The position numbers and the translations under genes are program-made. Positions 47,946-57,331 of a stretch of DNA of 64,000 nucleotides are shown piece after piece (within the stretch, counting starts at the first letter, position 1; each line of letters begins with the position of its first letter). The notes beneath the pieces were generated by a model that ran no database searches, had not been told where the DNA came from, and worked only from the letters and a program-made list of their open reading frames with translations. This stretch comes from Acidimicrobiia bacterium (GTDB taxonomy: Bacteria > Actinomycetota > Acidimicrobiia > Spongiisociales > JAENVV01): positions 1 to 64,000 of the forward strand of contig JBFGJH010000003.1 in NCBI GenBank assembly GCA_041577335.1, given 5' to 3'.

Positions 47946-47972
47946 ACATCGGCCCGGCATCGACAAACCTTG
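47946..47972 (-). promoter_or_regulatory. Sigma28-type promoter CAAGGTTT-N11-GCCGATGT
   Basis: Resembles TAAAGTTT-N11-GCCGATAA with exact spacing; points into the candidate sRNA. Confidence 0.5.
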
Positions 47973-48091
47973 GGTGCCGTTTGCAGTTCGCACTGAGTAA
48001 CTAGTTATCGAGGAGGAAGCCGATGGGAGATGCTCGCGGACGACGACTCTGGTGATGATCGCCTGAGATAGCGGTCCGCCCGTCGTGGGGG

Positions 48092-49228
48092 CTAGGAGGG
48101 GAGGGCGGCGAGAGCTTCGGCGACTTTGGCGATGCGGGCCGTGCAGGTCTCGTCGACGATTGGAGGCACCAATTCGGTCGTCCGCTTCGCCAGGCCGGTG
48201 AGGGCGTGGGCGGAGCTGGTGGACGGTGCGGCGGCAACCACGGGGGCGCCTTCATCGCCGCCCTTCACCAGAGCCGGGTCCAGTGGGATCGATGCCACCA
48301 GTGGCACACCGAGATCTTCCGCGAGTGAGGCTCCACCGCCGGAGCCGAAGAGCTCATAGACGGTGCCATGCTCGCAAACGAAGTCGGACATATTCTCAAC
48401 CACCCCGATGACCGGCATGAATGAGCGCCGGGCCATGTCGGCGACCCGCACCGCCACTTTCTGAGCGGTCTTCTGCGGCGTCGTCACAACGAGCATCTCG
48501 GCCTGGGGGAGCAGCCGGCTCAGCGCCATCTGGATATCGCCCGTTCCCGGTGGGAGGTCGATGATGAGATAGTCGAGCTCACCCCACTGGACCTGACGAA
48601 GGAATTGCTCGAGGGCCTTGCCCAACATGAGCCCGCGCCACATGAGGGCGGTCTCTTCTGTTTCCACGATGAGCCCGGTGGAGATGAGCTTGACGCCGTA
48701 TGCCTCGATGGGAAGCATCATGCGGTCTTCGGTGGCCTCAACTCTGTCTGTGGCCCCGAGCATGCGAGGAATCGAAAAGCCCCAGATGTCCGCGTCGAGC
48801 AAGCCGACCCGCCAACCCTGCTGGGCGAGCGCTACGGCCAGGTTGGTGCTCACCGTGCTCTTGCCGACTCCGCCTTTGCCGCTGCCAACGGCGACGACTC
48901 GGGTGAGCGGGCTGACTTGAGTCGGCTCGGCCGCTTCGCGGGCCTTGAACCGGGCTGTGGACATGAGGTCGGCGCGTTGTTGCTTCGTCATGGCCGTCGT
49001 GCGCACGGATACGTCGGCGACGCCGCTGAGCGCTTTGACCTTGCGCACGGCGTCTTCCTCGATTTGGCCGCGCATGGGGCATTCGGCGATGGTCAGGGCT
49101 ATGCCAATGGACACGGAGGAGCCTTCGATCTGCACGTCATGAACCATGCCCAGCTCGACGATGTCGGCGCCAAGCTCCGGGTCCAGCACGCCTTTCAGGG
49201 CGCCGATGACGTCGTCGTGGGCAATCAC
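48092..49228 (-). CDS. mrp: Mrp/NBP35 (ApbC) Fe-S cluster carrier ATPase
   Basis: N-terminal DUF59 (DPEL, CP), GKGGVGKS, LLDADIWG, MWRG, DLPPGTGD, ENMS. Confidence 0.92.
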   Translation of the reverse strand: MIAHDDVIGALKGVLDPELGADIVELGMVHDVQIEGSSVSIGIALTIAECPMRGQIEEDAVRKVKALSGVADVSVRTTAMTKQQRADLMSTARFKAREAAEPTQVSPLTRVVAVGSGKGGVGKSTVSTNLAVALAQQGWRVGLLDADIWGFSIPRMLGATDRVEATEDRMMLPIEAYGVKLISTGLIVETEETALMWRGLMLGKALEQFLRQVQWGELDYLIIDLPPGTGDIQMALSRLLPQAEMLVVTTPQKTAQKVAVRVADMARRSFMPVIGVVENMSDFVCEHGTVYELFGSGGGASLAEDLGVPLVASIPLDPALVKGGDEGAPVVAAAPSTSSAHALTGLAKRTTELVPPIVDETCTARIAKVAEALAALPS

Positions 49229-49272
49229 GGGACAATCGTAGGCCGGGGTCGGGGCCTAGTGGGTATGGCGCG

Positions 49273-49301
49273 GAAAAGGGCGCCTGATCGGCGCCCTTTT
49301 C
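49273..49301. terminator. Symmetric intrinsic terminator after the HesB gene
   Basis: GAAAAGGGCGCC-tgatc-GGCGCCCTTTTC. Confidence 0.8.
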
Positions 49302-49316
49302 GCGATGAGTGGTGGC

Positions 49317-49682
49317 TCAGGAGAACGAGTTGCCGCAGCCGCAACTCCGGGTGACGTTGGGGTTCTCGATTGCGAATCCTGCTCCCATGAGCCCGTCCTT
49401 GTAATCGAGTGTCGAGCCTTTCACGTGCTCGTAGCTTTGCGAGTCGACGTACACCTTGACGCCGTTCGTGAACTCCTCGACCACATCTCCATCCTCGACG
49501 GTTCCGTCGAAATACATGTCGTACGAGAAGCCGGAACACCCGCCGGGTCTCACTGCGACGCGTAGCGCGAGTTCGGTGTCGCCTTCGTCGGCGATGAGTT
49601 CTGCCACCTTCATGACGGCGTTGTCGGTGAGAGAGATCGCTCGCGGCGGTACGTTGGATTTGATGCTGAGAAGCTGGTCCAT
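49317..49682 (-). CDS. HesB/IscA/ErpA A-type Fe-S carrier
   Basis: GGCSGFSY, NPN, SCGCGNSF; TATAAT upstream. Confidence 0.93.
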   Translation of the reverse strand: MDQLLSIKSNVPPRAISLTDNAVMKVAELIADEGDTELALRVAVRPGGCSGFSYDMYFDGTVEDGDVVEEFTNGVKVYVDSQSYEHVKGSTLDYKDGLMGAGFAIENPNVTRSCGCGNSFS

Positions 49683-49803
49683 GTGGATGTCCTCGGTGAG
49701 AGCTGTCTTGCATCGATTATATCCGTATGCGCTACGAAACCGAACCGACCGGCCGCGCCGCCGGCCTGCTTGACTTGGCTCCCCGAGCGAGGAGTGCCGT
49801 AAC

Positions 49804-50178
49804 GTGCCAAAACAAGTCATATCTACTCCATCGGCTCCGAGCGCGCTCGGCCCGTACTCGCCTGCCGTAGAGGCGAATGGTTTCGTGTTCGTATCCGGCC
49901 AGGTGGCCATCGTCGCCGCCGGCGATCGACCGGAGTCCGTCTCCGAGCAGGCAAAGGTGGTTCTCGATAACATCTCGGCCATCCTGGGCGACGCCGGCCT
50001 CACCATGTCCGACATCGCCAAGAGCACCATCTTCTTGGCCGACATCGATGACTTTTCGGCAGTTAACGACGTCTATGCCTCATATTTCGATCTGGATCCC
50101 CCGGCGCGGTCGACATTTCAGGTCGGCGCCCTTCCCGGCGGCTTCTTGGTCGAGATCGAAGTCATAGCGGCTCGCTGA
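49804..50178 (+). CDS. RidA/YjgF family deaminase
   Basis: GPYSPAV, VSGQ, PPARS, VEIEVIA. Confidence 0.92.
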   Translation: MPKQVISTPSAPSALGPYSPAVEANGFVFVSGQVAIVAAGDRPESVSEQAKVVLDNISAILGDAGLTMSDIAKSTIFLADIDDFSAVNDVYASYFDLDPPARSTFQVGALPGGFLVEIEVIAAR

Positions 50179-50197
50179 CAGGGGGAGACGGGACCGG

Positions 50198-53100
50198 ATG
50201 CGATATCGAATGTTGGGACCGTTCGAGGTCCTCGACGGTGAGGATTCGGTCCACCTCGGTGGTGGCCGCCAGCGCGCCTTCCTCGTCCTTCTCATGCTCA
50301 ACGCCAATCAGGTGGTTTCGACGGATCGGATCATCGACGAGCTCTGGGGCGATGACGCCCCAGACACGGTCGCCAACGTGATCCAGGTGTATGTGTCACG
50401 GTTGCGCAAGGCGCTCGAGCCAGATCGACCGAAGGGGGCCGAGAGCTCGGTGTTGCTCACCCGCAGGCCCGGCTACATGCTGAAGGTGGATCCGTCCGAT
50501 ATCGATGCGTATCGCTTTGAGGAGCTGTCCGCCCGCGGTCGCGCCGCGATGGCCGAGGACGCCATGGGCATAGCCGCGAGCCTGTTCAGCCAAGCGATGG
50601 GTCTGTGGGCGGGCGAGGTTCTCGCCGACCTGGCATTCGAGGACTTTGCCCGGAGTGAAATCGAGCGCCTCGGCGAGGCGCGTTTGAACTGTCTCGAGCA
50701 CCTTGCCGAAGCACGGCTGGCCCTTGGTCAGCACGAGGAACTGGTCGGCGAGCTCGAGATTCTGGTTGGTACCCATCCGCTGCGCGAGCAACTCTGGGCT
50801 CTCTTGATGACGGCGCTGTATCGGAGTGGGCGTCAGGCTGAGGCGCTGAGGGCATATCGGCGCGCCGCCGACATCCTGGTGGAGGAGCTCGGAATCGATC
50901 CATCTCCTTTCCTGCAAGAGCTCGAGGAGCAAATTCTGGTTCAAGATCCGTCGCTCGATGCCCCGACGGTTGAGCGAGAGCCCCTCACCGTGGCGTCGCC
51001 GCAAGCTCCACCTCCCCTGATCGGGCGGGGCGGGCAGATGGCAGCTGTCGATGATGCCTTCGAAGTGGTCGCCAACGGTCGTTCGGTGCTCATCACCGTG
51101 TCGGGTGAACCGGGTATGGGCGTTGGGCGGTTACTCGCCGAAGTCGACAGGATTGGGCGAACCAACGGTTGTGAGGTGCGGCGCGCCCGAGCCTTTCCAA
51201 CGACGTCGATCCAGCCCGGTGAGATCCTCGATCAACTCGGAGGCCTCCGCGCTGAGAAGCCGCTCGTCGTCACGATTGCCAATGCCCGAGACTGCGACCC
51301 AACATCGCTGGCCGCGATCCGACGGGCGATCATCTCCGGAACGACGCCGCTGATGGTTGTCCTGGGCATGACGCCCCAGGAGGATCGGCACAGCCTGGGT
51401 ATCGACCAAATGGCGAGGGCGATCGCCGTCGGTAATACCGTGATCCCGCTGGAGGTTGGCCGGGTGTCCCTTGCCGAGTGCCAACAGGTCATGGACGCCG
51501 ATTTGGCGCACCATCTCCTCCAACTCACGGGCGGCTATCCGTTTGAGCTGTCGCAAGCTTTGTCGGCGCTTCGCGACGAGGGCGTCGTCGATTGGGATGG
51601 CGCCCGCATCCGTACGGTGAGCACCATTCCCGACACGATCAAACCAGCCCTCACCCAGGTTGTGAAGGGCCTACCGAAGGAGCAACGGCGGCTGGTGGAG
51701 GCAAGTGCATTGGCGGCGATGCCGATGCCATTGCGTGTGGTGAGCTCCCTCCTCGGTGTCATCGAAGACGAAGCGCTCGAGGTGATCGAAGAGCTGGTGT
51801 CGATCGGTTTGCTGGACGAGAAGCCGGAAGGCGTACAGGCGTCAGCGGCGCTCGCCTCCGGCCGACTCGCCGCCCACCTCGGTCAAACCCGGCGCTCGTC
51901 GTTGTACGGCGATCTGGCCGCCAGCTTCGACGGTGTGGCGTTGGATCGCACCATTGGATGGTTCGCTCTTCATTCCAACGACAACCTGCGAGCCGCCGCG
52001 CTTCTCAGCGCCGCCGGGCTCACCGAAGTGGAGCGTGGGAACCTCGGAGAGGCTCGCGATCTGTTGGATGGCGCCATCGAGGCCAAACGGAGGCTCGGCG
52101 AAGACTCCGACGAGCTCTGGGGAGAGCTCCACCTTGGCATGGCGCAATGCCATCGGTTGGCAGGCTGGTCAGACCTGGCTGCGGCGGCGCTCGACATTGC
52201 AGTGCCATTGCTGTCGGGCGAAAAGCTGGTCGACGCATTGGGTTGGGCTGCCCAAGTCGCCGACGATCGTCAGAGGGTGCCCGAGAGTGAATGGTGGGTA
52301 GCGCGAGGTGAACATGCTGCCATCACTGGCGGCGCGCCCGAGAAGCTGGGCTCCCTCCTCTCCTTGCGAGCTCGAGTGCTCAACCGCCTCGCATTTGCCG
52401 AGGAATCCGACGAATGCGCGCGAAAGGCGGAGATACTCCTCGCCGAGCATGCTGGGCCGCGGCAGCGTTTCTTGTCGTCGTACAACCGAGCTTGGATCGC
52501 TTTCGACCGGGGCGAGATGCGCCAAGCGGAGTCGGCGTTCGCCGGCCTCATCGATCAAACCAACAACGAGAGCCACCTCGCCGATCTCATGGCTTGGCAT
52601 GGGCGCTCTCTCTTCTTCCTCGGCCAAGTCGATGAGGCGCTGGCGGCGCTCTCGACCGCCGAGGCGCTCGGCCGCAAGACCGGTGACGGTGGCCCTGTCT
52701 TTCTTTCTTTCCTCGGTCGCGCCGAGGGAGCGTTGGCGTTTGGAATGCTCGACCAGGCGCGAGATGCGGTCGCGGAGTTCACCGGTCTCGTGATGCACCA
52801 ATTCCCAGCCTGGGAGAACATTGCTCGTTTCCTGGGAGCTCGCCTCGCCTTGTTGGCAGGTGACATGGCCGCGGCCGAAGACGAGATCGCCAACGCCATG
52901 GACCTGTCAGCGATTGGGCCGGGCGGCAGACGATGGTGGCTCGCGTGTCGAGCGGTGCAAATGCGACTGGACCGATACGACGGCCCCGAGGTGGACCTCC
53001 TGATCGAAGAAGCGAGAAAAGCGCGCTGGCACGCTGCCGAGCTTCCCCTGGAGCTGTGGGCGGCGGAGGCGCGCGGGGATCAGGGTTTGGCGACAGCGGC

Positions 53101-53269
53101 GGTGGAGACGGGCTTGCGAACGGGCCTGATCGTCAACGCAATCCGAGCCTTTCATTTGCTGGAATCGCCGGATGACGGCCTGCGCAGCCGTGTCGAGACC
53201 GCAGCGCGGTCCAACCTCGGTGGCCGCAACGAAGCCTGGACCGAGGAGGTCCTTGGTCTGCTCGACTGA
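50198..53269 (+). CDS. AfsR/SARP family regulator (OmpR-type DBD, BTAD, degenerate STAND ATPase, TPR-like region)
   Basis: YVSRLRKAL, PGYML, HPLRE, LYRSGRQAEAL, ELGIDPS; LIGR then GEPGMGVG; helical C-terminus. Confidence 0.88.
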   Translation: MRYRMLGPFEVLDGEDSVHLGGGRQRAFLVLLMLNANQVVSTDRIIDELWGDDAPDTVANVIQVYVSRLRKALEPDRPKGAESSVLLTRRPGYMLKVDPSDIDAYRFEELSARGRAAMAEDAMGIAASLFSQAMGLWAGEVLADLAFEDFARSEIERLGEARLNCLEHLAEARLALGQHEELVGELEILVGTHPLREQLWALLMTALYRSGRQAEALRAYRRAADILVEELGIDPSPFLQELEEQILVQDPSLDAPTVEREPLTVASPQAPPPLIGRGGQMAAVDDAFEVVANGRSVLITVSGEPGMGVGRLLAEVDRIGRTNGCEVRRARAFPTTSIQPGEILDQLGGLRAEKPLVVTIANARDCDPTSLAAIRRAIISGTTPLMVVLGMTPQEDRHSLGIDQMARAIAVGNTVIPLEVGRVSLAECQQVMDADLAHHLLQLTGGYPFELSQALSALRDEGVVDWDGARIRTVSTIPDTIKPALTQVVKGLPKEQRRLVEASALAAMPMPLRVVSSLLGVIEDEALEVIEELVSIGLLDEKPEGVQASAALASGRLAAHLGQTRRSSLYGDLAASFDGVALDRTIGWFALHSNDNLRAAALLSAAGLTEVERGNLGEARDLLDGAIEAKRRLGEDSDELWGELHLGMAQCHRLAGWSDLAAAALDIAVPLLSGEKLVDALGWAAQVADDRQRVPESEWWVARGEHAAITGGAPEKLGSLLSLRARVLNRLAFAEESDECARKAEILLAEHAGPRQRFLSSYNRAWIAFDRGEMRQAESAFAGLIDQTNNESHLADLMAWHGRSLFFLGQVDEALAALSTAEALGRKTGDGGPVFLSFLGRAEGALAFGMLDQARDAVAEFTGLVMHQFPAWENIARFLGARLALLAGDMAAAEDEIANAMDLSAIGPGGRRWWLACRAVQMRLDRYDGPEVDLLIEEARKARWHAAELPLELWAAEARGDQGLATAAVETGLRTGLIVNAIRAFHLLESPDDGLRSRVETAARSNLGGRNEAWTEEVLGLLD

Positions 53270-53293
53270 TTGGACGCTCCGCCTTCGGCTCTT

Positions 53294-53935
53294 CTAGCCG
53301 AAGCGGTAGCCGACCGATCGGATCGTGGTGATCCACCCGGCACGCTCTTCGCCGACCTTGGCGCGGAGTCGCCGGACGTGGACGTCGACGGTGCGAGCCC
53401 CCCCGAAGTACTCGTACCCCCAGACCTTGGACAGCAGTTGTTCGCGGCTCCACACGCGACCCTGGTTCGCCATGAAGAAGCGAAGCAGCTCGTACTCCAT
53501 ATACGTCAGGTCGATAGGCACGCCGTCGATTGTGGCCTGGTACGTCGCAGTGTTGAGATCGAGATCGCGGAACGTCATGAGGTCACTTTCCGATTGCGTG
53601 GACACGAGGCGCCGTATCCGCATCCTGAGCTCGTTGGGCTCGAACGGTGCCACCGTGAAATCGGACAGCGACGGCTCGCCTTCCAGCGCTGCCAAGTGGT
53701 CGGTCATCGCGGCTACGAGGATGGGAACCCCCGAATCCTCGTACACCCGCCGCACGAGGCGCAAACGCCGCAGTGGCTGATCTCCGAGTTCGACGATCAG
53801 CAGGCTCCATCCTGAAGCAGCCTCGGGTTTGTCGAGATCCTGGTCGCCCACGAATTCGAACGCCTGCCCGCTCAATGCCAGTGATTCTTGAAGCCCGACG
53901 GAACAATCGCCGGGGTATACGGCCACGGTGCTCAT
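53294..53935 (-). CDS. glnR: GlnR-like OmpR family nitrogen regulator
   Basis: IDLTYMEYELL, VWGYEYFGGARTVDVHVRRLRAK, TIRSVGYRF; degenerate receiver; coupled to glnA. Confidence 0.82.
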   Translation of the reverse strand: MSTVAVYPGDCSVGLQESLALSGQAFEFVGDQDLDKPEAASGWSLLIVELGDQPLRRLRLVRRVYEDSGVPILVAAMTDHLAALEGEPSLSDFTVAPFEPNELRMRIRRLVSTQSESDLMTFRDLDLNTATYQATIDGVPIDLTYMEYELLRFFMANQGRVWSREQLLSKVWGYEYFGGARTVDVHVRRLRAKVGEERAGWITTIRSVGYRFG

Positions 53936-55269
53936 CACAAGATCGGCAAGTAGGTTTCGAGCTCGAACGGGGTGACGTGGTGCTGGTAGCGATTCCACTC
54001 GGCCCGCTTGTTGCGAATGAACCAGTCGAATACGTGCTCCCCAAGCGCCGTGTGAACCAACTCCGAGCGTTCCATTTCGTCGAGGGCATGGGACAAAGTC
54101 TCGGGAAGCCGCCGGATCCCTAGCGACGACCGTTGATCGTTGGTCATGTCGAAGACGTTGGTGCCCACCTCTTCGGGCAGCTCGAGCCCCTGACGGATGC
54201 CATCGAGTCCGGCGGCCAGCAGGACGGAGAAGGCGAGGTACGGGTTGCACGCCGCGTCAGGCGACCGATACTCAACGCGAGTCGAGCTGCGCTTGCCTGC
54301 CTTGGTCGTCGGCACCCGCACCAGCGCCGACTGGTTGTTGCGCGCCCAGAAACCATAGATAGGCGCTTCGAAGCCGGAGACCAGTCGTTTGTAGGAGTTG
54401 ACCCATTGATTGGTGACGGCCGTGAGTCCCGGGGCGTGCTCGAGCAGGCCGGCAATGAACGCCTCCGCCACCTTCGACAGGCCGGTTGGCGTTTCGCCAT
54501 GGAAGGCATTCGTATCGCCCTCGAAGAGAGAAAGGTGCATATGAAAGCCCGAGCCGTCGTGGTGCTCCATGGGCTTGGGCATGAAGGTGGCGTAGATGCC
54601 ATGCGTCAGAGCTACTTCCTTCACAACGAGTCGGAATGTCATCACGTTGTCGGCCATGGCCAACGCGTCGTCGTATCGCAGGTTTATCTCGTGCTGGGAT
54701 GGAGCGACTTCGTGGTGAGATTGTTCGACGGGGATGCCCAATCGTTCGAGGTTCTCGATCGTCTGGCGGCGATACTCCTGGGCAGTGTCCAGAGGGGTGA
54801 GGTCGAAGTATCCACCGCGGTCGAGGACCTGCGGGACGGGCCCGGAGTCGGCGAAGTAGAAGTACTCGAGCTCCGGACCGACATAGAAGCTGTATCCCAT
54901 CTCCGCTGCTTCGCGTAGGTTGCGCCGGAGCACGAACCGAGGGTCGCCCGCAAAAGCCTGCCCGTCCGGCGAGTGGATATCGCAGAACATCCGAGCGACG
55001 CCCTGCTCCTCCCGCCACGGAAGGATCTGAAATGTGGTCGGATCGGGTCGGGCAACCATGTCGGCCTCGTGCACCCTGGCGTACCCGTCGATCGACGAAC
55101 CGTCGAAAGTCATGCCTTCCTGGAAGGCTGTCTCGAGCTCGGCAGGGCTGATCGCCACCGACTTCAAGAACCCCTGAACGTCGGTGAACCAGAGCCGAAT
55201 GAAGCGAATGCCCCGTTTGGCGACCGTCTGGAGCACGTACTCGGACTGTTTTTCGTAGGCCGGTTCCAC
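53935..55269 (-). CDS. glnA: Type I glutamine synthetase family protein (actinobacterial GlnA2-like)
   Basis: IRFIRLWFTDV, FDGSSI, HHEVAPSQHEI, TFMPKP, SYKRL, RVEYRSPD; TACCGT 6 nt before GTG. Confidence 0.9.
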   Translation of the reverse strand: MEPAYEKQSEYVLQTVAKRGIRFIRLWFTDVQGFLKSVAISPAELETAFQEGMTFDGSSIDGYARVHEADMVARPDPTTFQILPWREEQGVARMFCDIHSPDGQAFAGDPRFVLRRNLREAAEMGYSFYVGPELEYFYFADSGPVPQVLDRGGYFDLTPLDTAQEYRRQTIENLERLGIPVEQSHHEVAPSQHEINLRYDDALAMADNVMTFRLVVKEVALTHGIYATFMPKPMEHHDGSGFHMHLSLFEGDTNAFHGETPTGLSKVAEAFIAGLLEHAPGLTAVTNQWVNSYKRLVSGFEAPIYGFWARNNQSALVRVPTTKAGKRSSTRVEYRSPDAACNPYLAFSVLLAAGLDGIRQGLELPEEVGTNVFDMTNDQRSSLGIRRLPETLSHALDEMERSELVHTALGEHVFDWFIRNKRAEWNRYQHHVTPFELETYLPIL

Positions 55270-55329
55270 GAGGTCACGGTAGCCGCCGACGAGGTGTGGC
55301 AAAAGGCCAGAGTGGCCTCGAATGGAGCT

Positions 55330-55367
55330 GTAACACAGCGTTCACATTGAAGAAACGGCGACGAAAT
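55330..55367 (+). promoter_or_regulatory. GlnR binding array upstream of glnII
   Basis: GTAAC-n6-TTCAC-n6-GAAAC-n6-GAAAT, exact 11-bp period; -10 TATCGT at 55399-55404. Confidence 0.85.
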
Positions 55368-55440
55368 CGGCACCTGACAGCCTCCTCCCACCGGCCGCTA
55401 TCGTGCGGCCACCACAGCCGTGTCCATGTGAGGAGTCAAT

Positions 55441-56442
55441 GTGAGCTATCGAGCGGAATACATTTGGATCGACGGTCAGCAGCCGACGGCCAAGCTTCGT
55501 TCCAAGACCAAGATCGTTCCGGACGGCGCTGAGCCTCCGATCTGGGGCTTTGATGGTTCCAGCACCCAGCAGGCGCCTGGGGAGGCGTCGGACTGTGTCC
55601 TTCGCCCGGTCTTCACGTGTCCCGATCCGGTGCGGGGCAACGATGACATACTCGTGATGTGTGAAGTGCTCACGGTCGACTTGGAGCCGCACCCGTCCAA
55701 TACCCGGGCCGCGTGCGTGGCAACCGCAGAGAAGTTTGCCGCCTTTGAACCGTGGTTTGGGATCGAACAGGAATACACGTTCTTCAAAGACGGGCGCCCC
55801 CACGGTTGGCCCATAGGTGGCCTGCCGGCCCCCCAAGGAGGGTATTACTGCGGCATCGGCGCAGACGAGATTTGGGGCCGGGATGTCGTAGAGAGGCACA
55901 CGAAGGCGTGCATGGATGCCGGCCTCCAGATCTCGGGCACCAACGCCGAAGTCATGATCGGTCAGTGGGAGTTTCAGATTGGCCCGCTCGGCCCTGTCGA
56001 AGCGGCCGACCAAGTATGGGTCGCGCGGTGGCTGCTCTATCGAGTGGCAGAGGACTTCGATATTTCGGCCACGCTCGACCCCAAGCCGGTCAAGGGCGAT
56101 TGGAACGGGGCTGGTGCCCACACCAACTTCTCCACCAAGCAGATGCGCGAGGCGTACGACCCCGTGTTGGCGGCTTGTGAAGCACTGGGCAAGGCCCACG
56201 ACGACCATATCGTTCACTATGGGGCGGACATCGAGCACCGGCTCACCGGCCTCCATGAGACGGCGCCATGGACCGACTTCAGCTACGGCGTCTCTGACAG
56301 AGGAGCTTCGGTGAGAATTCCCTGGCAAACCGAGGTGGACAAGAAGGGCTATATCGAAGATCGACGCCCCAACGCCAACATGGATCCGTACGTGGTGACT
56401 CGTCTGATCACGAACACCGTGTGCTCTACTGCCACCGCCTGA
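55441..56442 (+). CDS. glnII: Glutamine synthetase type II
   Basis: AEYIWIDG, LRSKTK, WGFDGSST, PQGGYYCG, NAEVMIGQWEFQIG, GDWNGAGAH, EDRRP; 333 aa; SD GAGGAG. Confidence 0.94.
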   Translation: MSYRAEYIWIDGQQPTAKLRSKTKIVPDGAEPPIWGFDGSSTQQAPGEASDCVLRPVFTCPDPVRGNDDILVMCEVLTVDLEPHPSNTRAACVATAEKFAAFEPWFGIEQEYTFFKDGRPHGWPIGGLPAPQGGYYCGIGADEIWGRDVVERHTKACMDAGLQISGTNAEVMIGQWEFQIGPLGPVEAADQVWVARWLLYRVAEDFDISATLDPKPVKGDWNGAGAHTNFSTKQMREAYDPVLAACEALGKAHDDHIVHYGADIEHRLTGLHETAPWTDFSYGVSDRGASVRIPWQTEVDKKGYIEDRRPNANMDPYVVTRLITNTVCSTATA

Positions 56443-56453
56443 TCCGAACCCGA

Positions 56454-56501
56454 GCATGAAGAGAGGAGGGGCCGTACGCGCGGCCCCTCCTCTCTTCATG
56501 C
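56454..56501. terminator. 21-bp perfect hairpin between convergent genes
   Basis: GCATGAAGAGAGGAGGGGCCG-tacgcg-CGGCCCCTCCTCTCTTCATGC. Confidence 0.82.
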
Positions 56502-57311
56502 GTGGTTGCTGAGCGCCGATCGAAAGAGGTCGACGACCCCATCGATTGACGTTGCGTAGCCGTCGGCGCCGAGTTGTGTCGCATGTTCGGCGCTTTCGAT
56601 GGCGCCACCGCCCAGGTAGACGGGAACGGTCGTCGCTCCCTTGATTGAGCGCACGGTGCGTTCGATGGTTTCTTCGTTCCGAGGCGCGAATGCAGAGATT
56701 CCGACCGCCACGAGATCGGAAGTCTGCTTCACCGCGTGAACGAACGATTCTGCGGGGGTGTTGGCGCCCAGATCGTCCACGTAGAAATGATCGAGGCGGA
56801 GGAGATCGGCGAGCATCGTCCCCCCCAGATGGTGAGCGTCCCCTTGCGGGCTCCCAAGGATGATCGAGCCGCGTCGGCGCCCGCGCGGCGTGAAGCGGGG
56901 GCTGATCCGCCCCACGAGCCTCGAGGCAATGAGGCTGGCCCGATGCTCGTCGGCAATGTCGATCCTCCCGCCTTCCCATTTCTCACCGATCGATCGAAGT
57001 GCCGGAAGGAGGCCGCGCTCGTAGATGTCGCGAGGCTGACTCCCGGAGGTCAGGGCTGCTTCGATGATCGACCAGGCGCCGGGCTCGTCGCCATCCAGAA
57101 GCCGGTCCTCGAGTCGGGCCGGCCAGTCCTGGGCCGCCGCCGCCGTCGGTGGCGACATGAGGCTCTCGACATCTGCCAGTTCGACGCGCCAGGTGTTTCC
57201 CTCTTTGTACGCAGGGAGCTTTCCGAGGCGGATGTAGCGGTACGCCGTCATGTAGTGGACGCCGAGGAGATCGGCTGCCGCTTGGAGTGAGATGGGTTGA
57301 GATTCATTCAT
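56496..57311 (-). CDS. Cobalamin-binding transcriptional regulator (Xis/MerR-like HTH plus CarH/LitR-type B12 domain)
   Basis: AAADLLGVHYMTAYRYIRLGKLPA HTH; W-x9-EH (WEGGRIDIADEH); DxHxxG (GDAHHLG); LGANTP; VGIS; LGG. Confidence 0.88.
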   Translation of the reverse strand: MNESQPISLQAAADLLGVHYMTAYRYIRLGKLPAYKEGNTWRVELADVESLMSPPTAAAAQDWPARLEDRLLDGDEPGAWSIIEAALTSGSQPRDIYERGLLPALRSIGEKWEGGRIDIADEHRASLIASRLVGRISPRFTPRGRRRGSIILGSPQGDAHHLGGTMLADLLRLDHFYVDDLGANTPAESFVHAVKQTSDLVAVGISAFAPRNEETIERTVRSIKGATTVPVYLGGGAIESAEHATQLGADGYATSIDGVVDLFRSALSNHA

Positions 57312-57331
57312 CGGTCGCCTCTTCACTTCCC

